The notes beneath the pieces are model-generated. The model saw only the letters and a program-made list of their open reading frames with translations. It had not been told where the DNA came from and ran no database searches. From the human T2T-CHM13v2.0 reference genome, Homo sapiens: a stretch of DNA of 64,000 bases. Each line of letters opens with the position of its first letter. Positions within the stretch are counted from its first letter, which is position 1. This document shows, piece after piece, positions 1-14,590 of the stretch. Position numbers and translations under genes: made by a program. The stretch lies in assembly GCF_009914755.1 (NCBI RefSeq), contig NC_060930.1; one strand, 5' to 3'.

Positions 1-184
1 TCATTGCCTTCAGTTTCAAATAGTTGAGTGAGGATTGTGATTTGTTAGATTTCAGAAAATGTATCATTTAATATAGTGGGTCAAGGATGATGCAAGCTCA
101 AGAATTTGTTGCAAAGAATCTGCCACAATAAATGCATATCATTTATATTTTTTTGTGGCTGAATAAAGTAGATGTTTTACAAAT

Positions 185-720
185 CCAGTGCTACAAGAAT
201 GCAATGGTAAATAAGATAGGATCTCTGTTTATGTTTTGGTTGGGAAGGTATTCGATAAATAAATAAATAAGCAAATAGCAGATAAGGATAAAATTGCTGT
301 GCAGAGGATTAAAATAAAGTAATAGAAAGCAAGTGGATGGCTGTTTAAATCGTGTGGTCAGGGAAGGCCTCTCTGAAGTGATATCATTTCAACCGATATT
401 TGATGACTAAAGAGGAGACTTCCATGAGCAAATCTTGCGGGGAGAGGATGCCAGGTGGAAGAGACTAAGGGCATTGGTCCTATGGAAGTTGGACGCTTGA
501 TCTGAGGATCAGAAAGAAAGCCAGAAAGGTAAGGGCCAGATTATGCAGGCCTTTGTAAGCTTAGGCAAAGTGTTGGTATTTTATTCTTATTTAAAGGAAA
601 ACATTGGAAGGCTTAAACAAACTTGTGTTTTATGATTTGATCCAATTCGGGTCTTAGAGTGATTACTCCTGCTGCTGCATGGGTTATGGAGTGACAAGAG
701 TAGAGACAAGATCATTTAGT
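185..720 (-). mobile_element. L2 LINE fragment (old)
   Basis: L2-like blocks 'gtggtcagggaaggcctctctgaag' and 'ggccagattatgcaggcctttgtaagc...ttttattct'; boundaries approximate. Confidence 0.65.
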
Positions 721-1774
721 GGTCTGGATATGAGGTCCTATGTTTGAAATAAGAACAACATCAGCAATAATAACCAGAACTGACATATTCTGTACTGTTA
801 TGCACTGGTACCATGCTAGGCAACAGATGCATTGTTTAATTTAGTTATAAATGGACTACTTTTCAAATGTACGAGGGGGCTGTCATGAACCAAAAATATA
901 AATTAGTTATAAAATTCTTCTAATCATGGTAATTTTTGTTACCCAATAAAAATCGTATTAAAATTATCGTTACACATGGAAGAGTTTGAGTAATTTCTTG
1001 ACCTTAAAGTGACCTTTATATTTGAAACTATCAGGAGTGAATATGTTAGGCAGAAAAAAATATTCAGTCCTACTCAGTGCTGATTAGGACTGGCTTCCAG
1101 AAGGTTACACTGCCATGAGGCAATAGCGGGGAGCCCGAAGGGACTGGGCTTAGCAGAAGGAAAGAATGGAGACAGGACAAGCTGTAGATCCTTCTGTCTC
1201 AACTATGAGATTGCAACCTATAAAAAAACAAATTCAGGAAGAGTAGCAAAAATGCCAATCTAACACAAGCAAGCACCAATCTCTGGGTTTAGAGGAGCTT
1301 GTCTGAGGGGAATGGCAGGGGAAAGGGTTTGGGGGCTTTTTGCAGTAGCCAAAGCCTGAGTCAACTGCAATTGGAGTCATTAACTGGAGAAGGTGGTTTA
1401 AGAATAAGGGAAATTGAGTTAGATTTTAACACCAGTGGGCAAGAGTATAATGTAAGCAAAGAAAGAAAGCAGGACCCTTGTCACCCATCTCTGGGGTCCA
1501 CGAGAGCATCACTGGATGACAGAGCCAATGACAGAAGGAGATCCAGGGTGGGAGAAATAGGAGCAGAACAGGTCAGAAAGGTTGACCAAACTCTCCAAGG
1601 TAGAGTGGAGAACCTGCCCACCCAGAGTTGATCCCAGTGCCTCAGGCTTCAAGATTCTTTGGCTTGTTGGTCACCAGACACAGAAAGAACATGAGGTGTC
1701 TAGAATGCAGGTGTACCTGAAAGGGAGGGTATCCCCTTCTGATACATGCTGTTGGGTCTTGGATGGGTTGGTTT

Positions 1775-1916
1775 CAATGGTATGCTAGATCCAGTTTGTA
1801 CCTGTGTTCAGTGGTATCAAATTGGTACCTTGAAATTGACCATAATGGGAGCACTTACACCATAGAAATCAGCAAATCAGTCTCACCCAGAGACCTGGTT
1901 TAGCAACATACCACTG
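1775..1916 (+). mobile_element. MER63A-like hAT-Blackjack MITE
   Basis: Termini caatggtatgct...gcaacataccactg; internal 'ttgaaattgaccataatgggagcacttacaccatagaaat'; degenerate 8-bp flanks gttggttt/gttggcac. Confidence 0.75.
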
Positions 1917-2394
1917 GTTGGCACAATTCACAGGTGATTGGATACAATACCGCAATGGGCCATAATTCCAAGAGATATAATTTTATGGTAAAAATTGTTC
2001 CAGGGGGTTTCATAGCAGCAGTCTTATTATTATAATAGATGGCTGGCACAGAGCTGAGACTGTGCAGCAAGACTGATAATCCATGTTAGTTCCCCTTGAA
2101 AATACATCAGAAATTTACATTTGTGTCACCTTCCTTAAAAGAAGCCATGGTGAAAATATATTACAAGGATAAGAATCAGTAATGTGGTCTCAAATGGAAC
2201 TGCACAGCATCGACTACAGTGTGCATCTGTGGCCATATAGTATTTGTAGGCTAATAGAAAGTCTGACTTTTTTCCAAATGCAAAAGTGCAAATTGATGCT
2301 ATCACATTTATTGATTATAAGCCTTGAAAGCTGGCTTAATAAAGATATAAGGTGCTGTGTTACTATAAAGTTGAATATTTCCATGACAATATAA

Positions 2395-2835
2395 AAGTGG
2401 TTTATATATATACATATATATATATACATATATATATATGTGTGTGTGATACACACACACACACACACATACCATGGAATACTACTCAGCCACAAAAAAG
2501 AATGAAATAATGTCTTCCACAGTAACATGGATGGAACTGGAGGCCTTTATCCCAAGTGAAATAATGCAGAAACAGAAATTCAAACACCGCATGTTCTCAC
2601 TTGTAAATGGGAGCTAAACATGGACATATACAGTAGAATAATAGACATTGGAGACTCTAAAAGGTGGGAAGGTGGGAACAGGATGAGGGTTGAAAAATTA
2701 TTTACTGGGTACAGTGTTCACTATTCAGTGACGGCTACACTAGAGCCCAGACATCACCAGTATGCAATATATCCATGTAAGAAAACTGCACGCGTGCCTC
2801 CTAAATGTAAAAAAAATTCTTTTAAAAGAAAAAAA
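2395..2835 (+). mobile_element. L1PB/L1MA 3' end with (TA)n/(CA)n expansion
   Basis: 'ccatggaatactactcagcc...atggatggaactggagg...tatgcaatatatccatgtaagaaaactgcac' followed by an A-rich tail. Confidence 0.85.
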
Positions 2836-3097
2836 CCCACAGCATCAAGAGGCAGTGTGGAAATACTTACTTGAGTTCAAGTGTTTACAGGTTTCCCCCC
2901 ATCTCTTGAAGTATTGGAAAGAAACCGCTCAATTAGAAAACCCTTCCTATGATGGATTTCCATAGAGTGTGGTCAGCTTTCTGGGAAAATTAGATTGGGT
3001 TCAAGAATTTTGAAATCTGAACTTCAGACTTGCTGGATTTCCATTTGGTTTCAGATTTTCTTTCAAGTGTTTTATTGAACACTGACTCAGCATTCTC

Positions 3098-3139
3098 AAG
3101 GAATCAAGATATAATACTAAGGAATCAAAATATAATACT
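3098..3139. repeat. 21-bp tandem duplication
   Basis: aaggaatcaagatataatact / aaggaatcaaaatataatact. Confidence 0.9.
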
Positions 3140-5145
3140 GTGTAACAGGTATTCTATGTAAAGTACATGCATCTGGAAATCATTTTATTCTAAAAGAACA
3201 TACTTTCAATGTTAAACCAAGTGTAAAGCACTCCAATACAGTTAAATGAAGTTTTGGGAAATCTTTTGCTTGAATTATAATTCTTAATTACTTGAATCTT
3301 TTTTCTCCTCCCAAATATTTTAAAATTCCTTTTGATAACCAAGACTCTGAAATTTAATAGGATTCAGGTGTTTCCAGTCACTCATCTGATACTCAGAAAA
3401 TTGTTTCTTTTCTCCCTCTTCTTCATAGGCTTCCTTTTACCCTTTTTGAACACATACTACTGAATGCACACATTTTGAAAGCTAAGGTGAGCTCCTTTTC
3501 CACAGCCCCTGCCCTTGATATCGACACCATGGCAAGCTTTCCCCCACCCAGATTCCGTTTTAGCCACAGTAACCAGAAGAGTTTAACATCCGCCTTTACC
3601 TTTCTCTTTCTTTGGTCTTCAAGCCAGGTAGGACCTATAAATTGAGGCAGGCTTTACAGCTGGGTCAATAAAGGGCGGGGAGAAAAATGAAATGGGTTTC
3701 CTATCATTTTTCACAAAGTTTGAAAAACAGAGTTGGCAAGGAAGAAAAAAATAAAACAGGAAGCTGGATTGCACATATAAATTAAATATTTTCACCCTAA
3801 CCCTTTTTAGATAGCCCAGGGGTATTAAAAACGTGTGTGTTTTGGATGGCCTCAGCAAGCATTCCAACAGTAAATGGCTTCCTGTTCAGCATGTTCGAAG
3901 TCAGGCTGTTTTTTGGGGTTGGTTTAAAAATATGTGTGAAATATGTACTTTTATTTTAAGCCAAGTCAAATGTTTTCAATCATCCCCCCTTACTTGCTGC
4001 TTCTGTCTTCCCATCCTATTATTTCTTGCCCCTCAGACAGTAAAATATACCCCCAAACATGTTTTTTTTTTCCAAAAGGAAGTTTAGTGATTAATTGTGA
4101 GTTACATGTAAACATATATTATTGCCCTCAAAGGTATTCACCAAGAACCTGGCCAGTGTCATTCCTGGCTGGCCTTCTAGAGTGTTAGATCTTGGCGAGT
4201 AGAAGTTAGAGAAGCATGCAAAGAAACCAAGTATTTGGCTTAGGCACAACAGGGAACCAATGGATAATTGAGGGTGAGAAATGGTCTATAACTTTTTACC
4301 CCAGCGGTGATGAACCTATAATTCCCAAATTGTTTGTGTAATTTTCTATTTCTACCACATCAGTGACAAATATTATTTTGTACTGCATGTTCCCTGTGAA
4401 TTTTTTTGTTTTTCATCAGCAAGGTCCAGTTAGGATGCCTGAAAGGAAAATAGCATACCTGAGGCCATCATACCTAGCAAGAGAGACCACAGATGCACCT
4501 AGGAGGAAAAATACAGACTTCTAGTGGAAGCCACAGAGTCCCTCTGCAAAATGCTACTCGGCCGTTGATAGACTTTAAAAATATATGTCATGTGATCTAA
4601 TTAGAGGAAACCCTTAGATATTCAAATTTGACATCGAGCTGTCAAGGAAACTTTTATATTTGGCATAGTCTACGGAGGCTGCAAATGCTCCTCTCTATAG
4701 AAGGCCTGAGATAGGCTTCCCCTCATATGACTGAGCCTGTTTAAATTCAGAGTGTTCTTAATTATATTTGCTAATGGTACTAGGTGTTAGAGTTAACGCT
4801 TCTCATATTTTAAAATTTATTTAGCGTAAGAGGTCATCTCTATTTTTTTTTTTTTTTTTTTTTTACTCTTATGGGAATTCTATGGCTTGTGTTGAATGGA
4901 AAAAAAAGCCAACCTTTCCAAATAAATCTCTAAGGATAATTTATTCAAAGAATGTCTCTTAACATGTGATTCCAGGTTTTTGGTGTTTGCTGTTTTCAAT
5001 CAGTCTAACTCAGCAAACACTTATTAAATTATTGACTGTGCAAAGCTCAATGCTAGGTGCTGTTTGCAGAATATTAATTACCTGGAAGTAATTCATATTG
5101 TCAAAGTGCAACACCCTTTTATTATTTAAAAAAAAAAAAAAAACC

Positions 5146-5914
<769 letters not shown>

Positions 5915-6242
5915 TCATCAAAAATAATTTACTGTCCCCATATTCAGTTGCATGCATGAAATTTTCATGAGACTATTTTGGCAGTAGGTCAAATTTTGCT
6001 TAAATTCCAAGTACTCCAAGTATTTACAAAGCTAGTAGCACATTAAGTTTCATTATGGTTTGAATTAGATTCATTTATTAGGTTGGTTATCTGTGATGCT
6101 TAGTAAAAAAAAAAAATAGAGAATAGTGAGCATCACTGGCAAGGTGGGGTCTGGAGGGAGCCACAGAGAAAGATGAGGCTTTAAAGAAAGGTGAAGAGAA
6201 AAGGGGCAGAGGAATCAACAAACAAAAGACACCACAGACCCT

Positions 6243-6768
<526 letters not shown>

Positions 6769-7284
6769 CTTTAGGCAGTGTTTTGTCCTTATTTTATTCA
6801 ACAATATATGGTGAATATAGTTTCTTGTTAAAGATGATCTCAAAAATTTAAAATGGAATAGTATGCAATCACATTAAGCTATCATGATTTTCAAAAGTCA
6901 ATTATTACAAAAATAGCTTTTTTATAACTTTTTGTTATTATAATCATGACTATTATTTAAAAAAAACCCAAGTAACAGAATTTTGTCCTCAAATTATCTA
7001 TTTAGCATAAATTCATAGAAATACAATGACTGGATCCAATGCTGTAAACATTTTTTTTATAGCTTTTGATATGTGTGGCCAAATTCCTCTTCAGAAAGTT
7101 TATCTGTTTACATGCCCTAAGCATAAGAGACAGAAGAGTCATTTAATTTCAAAAGAAAAATAACTATACAATAAAGACCAAAAACAAGACAAAACAGAAT
7201 ATTAGCATAGCTGCCTCTGTGAGGAATAGAACTTCAGATTTGGATAGGAATAGTTGTGAGTAGCTATGCTGCAATACACAAGAA

Positions 7285-7560
7285 AAATAACAATAGTAAT
7301 AATTAGCAACCACTTTTATAATATTCCTATGTGGTAGGCACTGTTTAGCATTTTATATATTTACTTCATCCTCACTGTAACCTTGTAAGTTAGTTTCTAC
7401 TGTGACCTCCATTGTATAGTTAGAAAAAATGGAGGCATCTGGATTAAAAGAACTTGCTTGAAGTCACACAGCTAAGCAGCGAACCTAGGACTGGAATTCA
7501 CCTGTGTTCATCCAAGCTGATAAGCATTCGAGAGTCCATGTTTAAACCACTATACAATAT
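7285..7560 (-). mobile_element. MIR
   Basis: 'tatgtggtaggcactgt...catcctcactgtaacc...aacttgcttgaagtcacacagctaag'. Confidence 0.75.
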
Positions 7561-7704
7561 TGTTTCTCAATCATTTTGTTCAAATCCCAGTGGGATTGTG
7601 GGATTGTAGGTGGGATCGTGTCCCCTCTCATATATATATGTTCTAATCCCCAGTACCTCAAAGTGTAGCCTTATTTGGAGATAGGGGCATTGCAGATATA
7701 ATTG

Positions 7705-10098
7705 CAGACATACTTTGTTTTATTGACCTTTGCCTTATTGAACGTCACAGATATTGCATTTTTTACAAATTGAAAGTTTGTGGCAACCTTGCGATAAAGC
7801 AAGTATATCGGCACCATTTTTCCAACTGCATCTGCTCATTTCATGTCTCTGTGTCACATTTCGGTTATTCTTGCAATATTTCAAATTTTTTTCATTGTTA
7901 TTATATCTGTTATGGTGATCTGTCATCAGTGACCTTTGATGTTACCACTGTAATTGTTTTGGAGTGCCACAAACCATGCCCACAAAACATGGCAAACTTA
8001 ATCAATAAATCTTGTGTATTCTCACTGCTCCAGTGACCAGCTCCCCATCTCGCTCCCTCTCCTTGGGCCTCCTGATTCTCTGAGACACAACAATATTAAA
8101 ACTAGACCAATTAGTGATACTACAGTGGCTTCTAAGTGTTCAAGTGCAAGGAAGAGTCTCATGTCTCTCACTTTCGAACAAAAGCTAGAAATGATTAAGC
8201 TAAGTGAGGAAGGCATGTACAAAGCCAAGAGAGGCCAAGAGCTAGGCCTCTTGTGCCAAACAGTGAACCAAGTTGTGAATGCAAAAGAAAAATTATTGAA
8301 GGAAATTGAAGGTGCTACTCCAGTGAACACATGAAAGATAAGACAGTGAAAAAGCCTTATTGATGATATGGAGAAAGTTTTAGGGGTCTGGATAGATGAT
8401 CAAACCAGCCACAACCTTCCTTTAAGCCAAAGCCTAATTCAGAGCAAGGTCCTAACTCTCTTCAGTTCTATGAAGGCTGAGAAAGGTGAAGAAGCTGCAG
8501 AAAAAAATTTGGAAGCTAGCAGAGGTTGGTTCATAAGGTTTAAAGAAAGAAGCTGTCTCTGTAACATAAAAGTGCAAAGTGAAGCAGCAAGTGCTAATGT
8601 AGAAGCTGCAGCAAGTTATCCAGAAGATCTAGCTAAGATCATTGATGAAGGTGGCTATACTAGACAACAGATTTTCAGTGTAAAGGAAACAGCTTTCCAT
8701 TGCAAGAAGATACCATCTCATACATAGCTAGAGAAGAGAAGTCAGTGCCTGGCTTCAAAACATCAAGGGGCAATCTGACTCTGTCATTAGGGAATAATGC
8801 ATCTGGTGACTTGAAGTTGAGGCCAGTACTCATTTACCATTCTGAAAACCCTGGGGTCCTCATGAATTATGCTAAGTGTACTCTACTTGTGTTCTATAAC
8901 TTGAATGATAAAACTTAGATCATAGTGCAATGTTCACACAACATAGTTTACTGAATATTTTAAATACTGCCCAGAAAAAAGATTTCTTTCAAAATATTAC
9001 TGCTTATTGAGAATGCACCTGGTCACCCAAGAGCTCTGATGGAGATGTACAAGGAGATTAATGTTGTTTTCATGCCTACTAACAACATCCATTTTGCAGC
9101 TGATGGATCAAGGAGAAATATTGACTTTTGAGTCTTAATATTTAAGATATTCATTTTGTAAGGCAATAGCTGCCATAGTGATTCCTCTGATGGATCTGGA
9201 AAAAGTAAATTGCAAACCTCTGGAATGAATTCATTTTAGATGCCATTTAGAACGTTCATGATTCATGAGAGAAGGTCAAAATGTCAACATTAACAGGAGT
9301 TTGGAAGAAGTTTGTTCCAACCCTCATAGATGACTTTGAAAGATTCAAGACTTCAGTAGATGAAGTAACTAACTGCAGATGTAATGGAAATAGCAGAATA
9401 ACTGGAATTGGAAGTGGAGCCTGAAGATGTGACTGAATTGCTGCAATCTCATGGTAAAACTTTAATGGATGAGGAGTTGCTTCTTATGGATGAGCAAAGA
9501 AAGTGGTTTCTTGAGATGGAATCTACTCCTGGTGAAGATGGTGTGAACATTGTTGAAATGACAACAAGGGATTTAGAATATTACATAAACTTAGTTGATA
9601 AAGCAGTGGTAGGGTTTGAGAGGACTGACTGCAATTTTGAAAGTTCTACTCTGGGTAAATGCTATCAAACAGCATCCCATGCTGCAGAGAAGTCTTTCAT
9701 GAACAGTGGCAAACTTGGTGTGCAGGTTATTGATGAAGCAAGCTTCATTGTTGTCTTATTTTAAGAAATTACCACAGTCACTCCAACTTTCAGCAACCAC
9801 TACCCTAATCAGTCAGCATCCATCAACATAGAGGTAAGACCAGCAAAAAGATTACCACCCGCTGAAGTCTCAGATGATGATAAGCACATTTTAGCAATTA
9901 AGTATTTTTAAATTAAAGTATGTACATTGGTTTTCTTAGACATAATGCTATTGCATACTTAATAGACTGCAGCATAGTGCAAACATAACTTTTATACACA
10001 CCTGGAAACCCAAAAAATTGTGTGACTTGTTTTATTGCAATATTCACTTTATTGTGGTGGTCTGGAACCAAACCCGCAGTATCTTTGAGGTATGCCTG
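7705..10098 (+). mobile_element. Full-length Tigger1 (TcMar-pogo) DNA transposon
   Basis: Terminal inverted repeats cagacatact... / ...gaggtatgcctg; TG (degraded TA) and TA flanks; about 2.4 kb. Confidence 0.95.
8124..9500 (+). pseudogene. Disrupted Tigger1 transposase (HTH-psq, CENP-B HTH and DDE regions)
   Basis: ORF pieces [29 protein letters not shown]; [16 protein letters not shown]...[13 protein letters not shown]; [19 protein letters not shown], separated by stops and frameshifts. Confidence 0.9.
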
Positions 10099-11039
10099 TA
10101 GTTTAGAAGAGGTCATACTTGAGTAGGATTGGTTCCTAATTCAGTATGACTGGAGTCCTTATAAGAAGATGGCCGTGTGAAAATATACACAGGGAGAATG
10201 CCGTGTGATGACAAAGGTAGAGATTGGAGTTACGCAGCTGCAAGCCACCAGAAGCTAGGAAGAGGCGAGGAAGGATTTTCTTATAGGTTTCAGAGGGTGC
10301 ATATACCCAAGCTGATACCCTGGTTTTGTACCTTCTAGCATCCAAAGCTGTAAGACAATAAATTCCTGTTGTTTTTAAGCCACCAAGTTTGTGGTACTTT
10401 GTTATAGCATCCTGAGGAGACTAATACACCTGGTGACTTAAAGGATGTTCCAGTGTCCAACCAACCACCCAGTTAGCTCATGAACACATCTCTCTTACTC
10501 CTCATCTGTGTCCTCTCTCATTTGTCAGATACCTGCATGGTGCCCAGTCACATGGGCTGAAGGCCAAAGATAATATGTTTGCTACTGCTTCTGTACACCT
10601 TGGAAATATCAGAGAACACCCTGACTGACTCACAAAGTGAATATTTCATTGAATTTGCCAACATTTTGTTAAGTTTCTGGGAAGCTAATAATTGTATATT
10701 TTTCTTCATTTTGGAGGGGCAGTGATTCATTAAGACAGTATGAACTACGCTGGTATCATGTAACTGTATTAAGATTTGTCTAGCTTGTGGGAAAAACTGT
10801 AAGGGCTCCAAACAACTGTAAATCATCAATGAATTTGTCCTTTGTCCCGATTTTCATTTCCATATTTAAGCAGATTACAGTCTGTCTAGTTTTGGAAAAT
10901 CAGTTGCTTCTTGGCTTGAAAGAAAAATGAAAACCAAATTTATGGTTTACTCCATATTCACATTCTGATTTTTAAAATGTTATCATAATAGAATAACTGG
11001 AAATGATTTTATCTTGAATGAAGTCTTGAAATATGATTT

Positions 11040-11332
11040 TTTTTTTTTTGAGACAGAGTCTCTCACTCTGTCACCAGGCTGGAGTGCAGTGGCACGATCA
11101 CAGCTCACAGTAGCCTTGACCTTCCCAGGTTCAGGTGATTCTCCCACCTCAGCCTCCCAAGTAGGTGGGACCACAAGCAAACACCATCATGCTTGATTAA
11201 TCTCTTTATTTTTTGTAGAAACAGGGTTTTGCCATGTTGCCCAGGCTGGTCTCAAACTCCTGGGCTCAAGCAATCTGCCTGCTTTGACCTCCCAAATTGC
11301 TGGGATTACAGGTGCAAGCCACCATGCCCAGC
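11040..11332 (-). mobile_element. AluJ
   Basis: J-type 'cagctcacagtagccttgacc' and 'gggctcaagcaatc'; TSD gaaatatgattt at 11028-11039 and 11333-11344. Confidence 0.93.
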
Positions 11333-11579
11333 GAAATATGATTTCTTAATTTTCCCTTTATACTATCAGGAGAGAAGGATTTAGGAGTGTCAGGCATCTC
11401 ACAGGAAATCTTGCTCTCTAGCACACCTTTCCTCCATCATCTGTTTAAATCCCTGATTCATTATCCTCCCCTAAATGAATACCCACTAGAGCTTGTGACT
11501 GGTTCCTGAAACTCCAAAAGCAATCCAGTTTTTAATACTGGGCATTGTTTTCATCTGGCAGACATGATTTAAAAAGCAA

Positions 11580-11810
11580 AACTAGTAGTAGCTTCTTTAC
11601 AGTGCCTTTATTGTGCCAAGCACTGTGCTAAATGTCTTTCTGTCTATCAGTGCACTTGGATTTAAAAAAAAACTCTGTGATGAGTAGTGAGATAGGTATT
11701 GATGAGCAATCTGAAGCTCAGATTACATTATGTTACAAAGTCTAGTAAATGGTATTTTGGATTTCACATCCAGGATTGTCTGAATCAGAATGCACTTCCA
11801 CACCATGTGC
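11580..11810 (-). mobile_element. MIR
   Basis: 'tgtgccaagcactgtgctaaatg...tgagcaatctgaagctcaga'. Confidence 0.6.
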
Positions 11811-11957
11811 TGTTCTGCTTTCCTGGAAGCAGGGTATGGACAGCAAAACACTGGGGGGCCCGAAACGGGAAGCAGGAAGGTGTCTAAATCGAGAAAAGAG
11901 AGAAGAGCATTAAGAGCAACTTGTAATTTTGCCTGCAACTTTCCTTGAATCTTTTAC

Positions 11958-13298
11958 ACTCTGTCTAGCAACTAGCCACGTGGGACTACTGAGCACTTGA
12001 AATGAGTCTGATGCAAGTTGAGATGTGCTAGAGGCATACAACGCATACTGGATTTTGAAGACTGAACATGAAGAAAACAATGTCAAACATCTCATCAATA
12101 TTTTCATGCTGATTACATGTTAAATGACAATATTTATTTAGATATTTTGAGTTAAATAAAAATATGCTATTAAAATTTATTTCACCTGTTTCTTTTTACT
12201 TTTTTAAAATAAATTTTTCCTTTTTATTTTTTAAAAATTTTCATGGATACATAATAGTTGTACATGTTAATGGGGTACATGTGATATTTTGATACAAGCA
12301 GATAAAGTGTAGTGATCTAATCAGGGTAACTGGGATAGCTATCACCTCAAATATATATCATTTATTTGTGTTAGGAAATTCAAATTCCACTTCTCCTATG
12401 TTTATTTTGAAATATGCAATAAATTATTTTTAACTGTAGCTGCCTTATTGTTCCACTGAACACTAGATCTTACTCCTTCTATTTAATTATGTTTTTGTAG
12501 CCATTAACCAACCCCAAGGAACTCAAGCAACTCAATAGCAAAACCAAATAATCTGATTAAAAAATAGGCAAAAGGTCCAAACACATATTTCTCAAAAGAA
12601 GACGTGCAAATGGCCAAGAGACATATGAAAGAATGCTCAACAACATTAATCATCAGGGAAATGTAAATCAAAATCATGGTGAAATATCATTTCACCCTAG
12701 TGAAAACAACTTTTATCAAAAAGTCGAAAAACAACAGATGCCAGTGAGTATGTTGAGAAATGGGAATGCTTCTACACGGTTGGTAGGAGTGTAAATTAGT
12801 ACTGGCCACTATGGAAAACAGTATGGAGGTTCCTCAAAATACTAAAAATGGAACTACCATATGATCTAGCAATCTCATTGCTGGGTATATACACAAACGA
12901 AAGGAACTCAGTATGTCAAAGAGATATCTGAACTCCTATGTTTATTGCAGCACTATTCACAATAGCCAAAATGTGAAATCAACCTAAATGTCTGTTGATG
13001 AATGAAGGGATAAAGAAAATGTGTGGTACATATACACAATGAAATATTACTCAGCCATAAAAAAAGAATGAAATCTTGTCATTTGCAAAAACATGGATGG
13101 AACTGGAGGACATTAAGTGAAATAAGCCAGGCACAGAAAGGCAAATATTGCATGTTCTTACTCAGATGCAAGAGCTAAAAAATAAACCCATGGAGTTAGA
13201 GAGTAGAATAATCTTTCTTTTTACTTCCTAAAATGTGGCTACCAAAATTTTAAAATTACATATGTGACTCCCATCCTATTGCTGTTGGACAACACTGC
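11958..13298. mobile_element. MER33 hAT MITE interrupted by an L1
   Basis: 'actagccacgtgggactactgagcacttgaaatg...ttcacctgtttctttttactt' resumes as 'aatgtggctaccaaaattttaaaattacatatgtg...ttggacaacactg'. Confidence 0.8.
12210..13212 (-). mobile_element. L1MA 3' end with 5' inversion (12210-12514 antisense, 12515-13212 sense)
   Basis: Antisense 3' UTR 'tacataatagttgtacat...ccattaaccaacc' abuts the sense ORF2 end 'caaggaactcaagcaactcaatagc...gagagtagaata'; TSD tttctttttactt at 12189-12201 and 13214-13226. Confidence 0.88.
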
Positions 13299-13530
13299 TT
13301 TAGATGACGGGATAAACTGAACAACCTGAATAGTGTAAATTTAAATGAAAAAAAAAAATACTAGTAAACTTTTAAAGAAAGGTTACTGCAATTCAAAACT
13401 GATACATTGTTTTCAAAGTATAGAGTATACTATTCTTATCTTCAAGATAATCCTGTTGTTCAAATTTTAAACTCAATTCCTAAAAACTAATAAAAGTGAG
13501 ATGTGAACTGCATGTGAACGTTTTAGTCTT

Positions 13531-14590
13531 TGTGGTAGATTTCTTGCAAAACTCTACTCAATGCTTCCCTCTTTTATTTGAGCTACTTAGTAGTTCCTTT
13601 CAGTAAGGGGTGGGGTTTATTTCCCCTCTCCTTAAATCTTGATAGGCCATGTGAATTTCTGCCAATAGAACATGGCATAAATGATGGTGTGCCAATTCTG
13701 GACTTAGATAACAACAAGTCTTCCATTCTGTCTATTCATTCTTTTGGAACCTGCTCACTTTTCATGCAAACAGGCCCCCTCCTGCCCTGGAAGTTGAGAG
13801 ACCATGTGGAGCAGAGACGAACTGTCCTAGATGAAATAATCAGTGTCAGTTTTCTATGGCTGCTATAACAAACTACTACAAATTTAGTGACTAAAACCAC
13901 CACTAATTTATCATCTTACAGTTTATCATCTTACAGTTCTGTAAGGCAGAAGTCCAACACACGTCTCACTGGGCTAAAATCATGTGTCACCTGGGTTGTG
14001 TTCTTTTTCAGAGGGAGGTTCTAGGGGAGAACCCCTTTTTTATTTTTTAATCTTTTCTAGCTTCTACAGGCTGCCCACATTCCTTGATTTTATAACCTCT
14101 TCCTTTCTCTTCAAAGCCAGCAGAAGCAGGTGGAGTCTTTCTCACATCATATCACTCTGTCCTCTTCTGACTCTCTCTGGCACTTCTAAGGACCTTACTA
14201 TTGCATTGAGCCCACCCAAATAATCCAGAGTAATGTTATTTTCAGATCAACTGATTAGCAACCTTAATCTCATCTGCAATGTTAACCCCCCTTTTCCATG
14301 TAAGGTAGTATATCCACAGATTCTAGGGATTAGAATGTGGACTGTGTGTGTGTGTGTGCGCGTGCATCTATGTGTGTGTGTGTGTGTATGTAAAGGGGAA
14401 GAGTGGTCACTACTCTGCCCACCATGCCATCCTTGACCAGCCAGCACTTGACCACCAGAAACTGATTGCAGATGCATAAGTGAGTCTAGCTCTGACCAGA
14501 ACTCCTCAGCTGAGCCCAGCCCCAATTGCTGCTCTCTGAAGTGATGAATGAGATAAAGTTTGGTTAAGTACCTTAAATAAAGATAGGGTG
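13531..14590 (+). mobile_element. MLT1F/G-like LTR split by MLT1D
   Basis: 'gccaatagaacatggc...gtgccaattctgg' before and 'cagctgagcccagccccaattgctg' after the insert. Confidence 0.65.
13842..14426 (-). mobile_element. MLT1D solo LTR with internal (TG)n and a 15-bp tandem duplication
   Basis: 'ggctgctataacaaactactacaaatttagtg...tctagggattagaatgtggac...ctctgcccacca'; tttatcatcttacag twice near 13907-13936. Confidence 0.8.

Larger units (their letters stand above)
7605..10428 (+). mobile_element. MLT1C MaLR solo LTR interrupted by Tigger1 (pieces 7605-7704 and 10099-10428)
   Basis: 'ccttatttggagataggggcattgcagatataatt' resumes as 'tagtttagaagaggtcatact...aataaattcctgttgtttttaagccaccaagtttgtgg...actaataca'. 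Confidence 0.85.

Noticed and set aside
1299-1631. 110-aa hydrophilic ORF
   Set aside because: TTG start in purine-rich DNA, no family resemblance and no clear splice context
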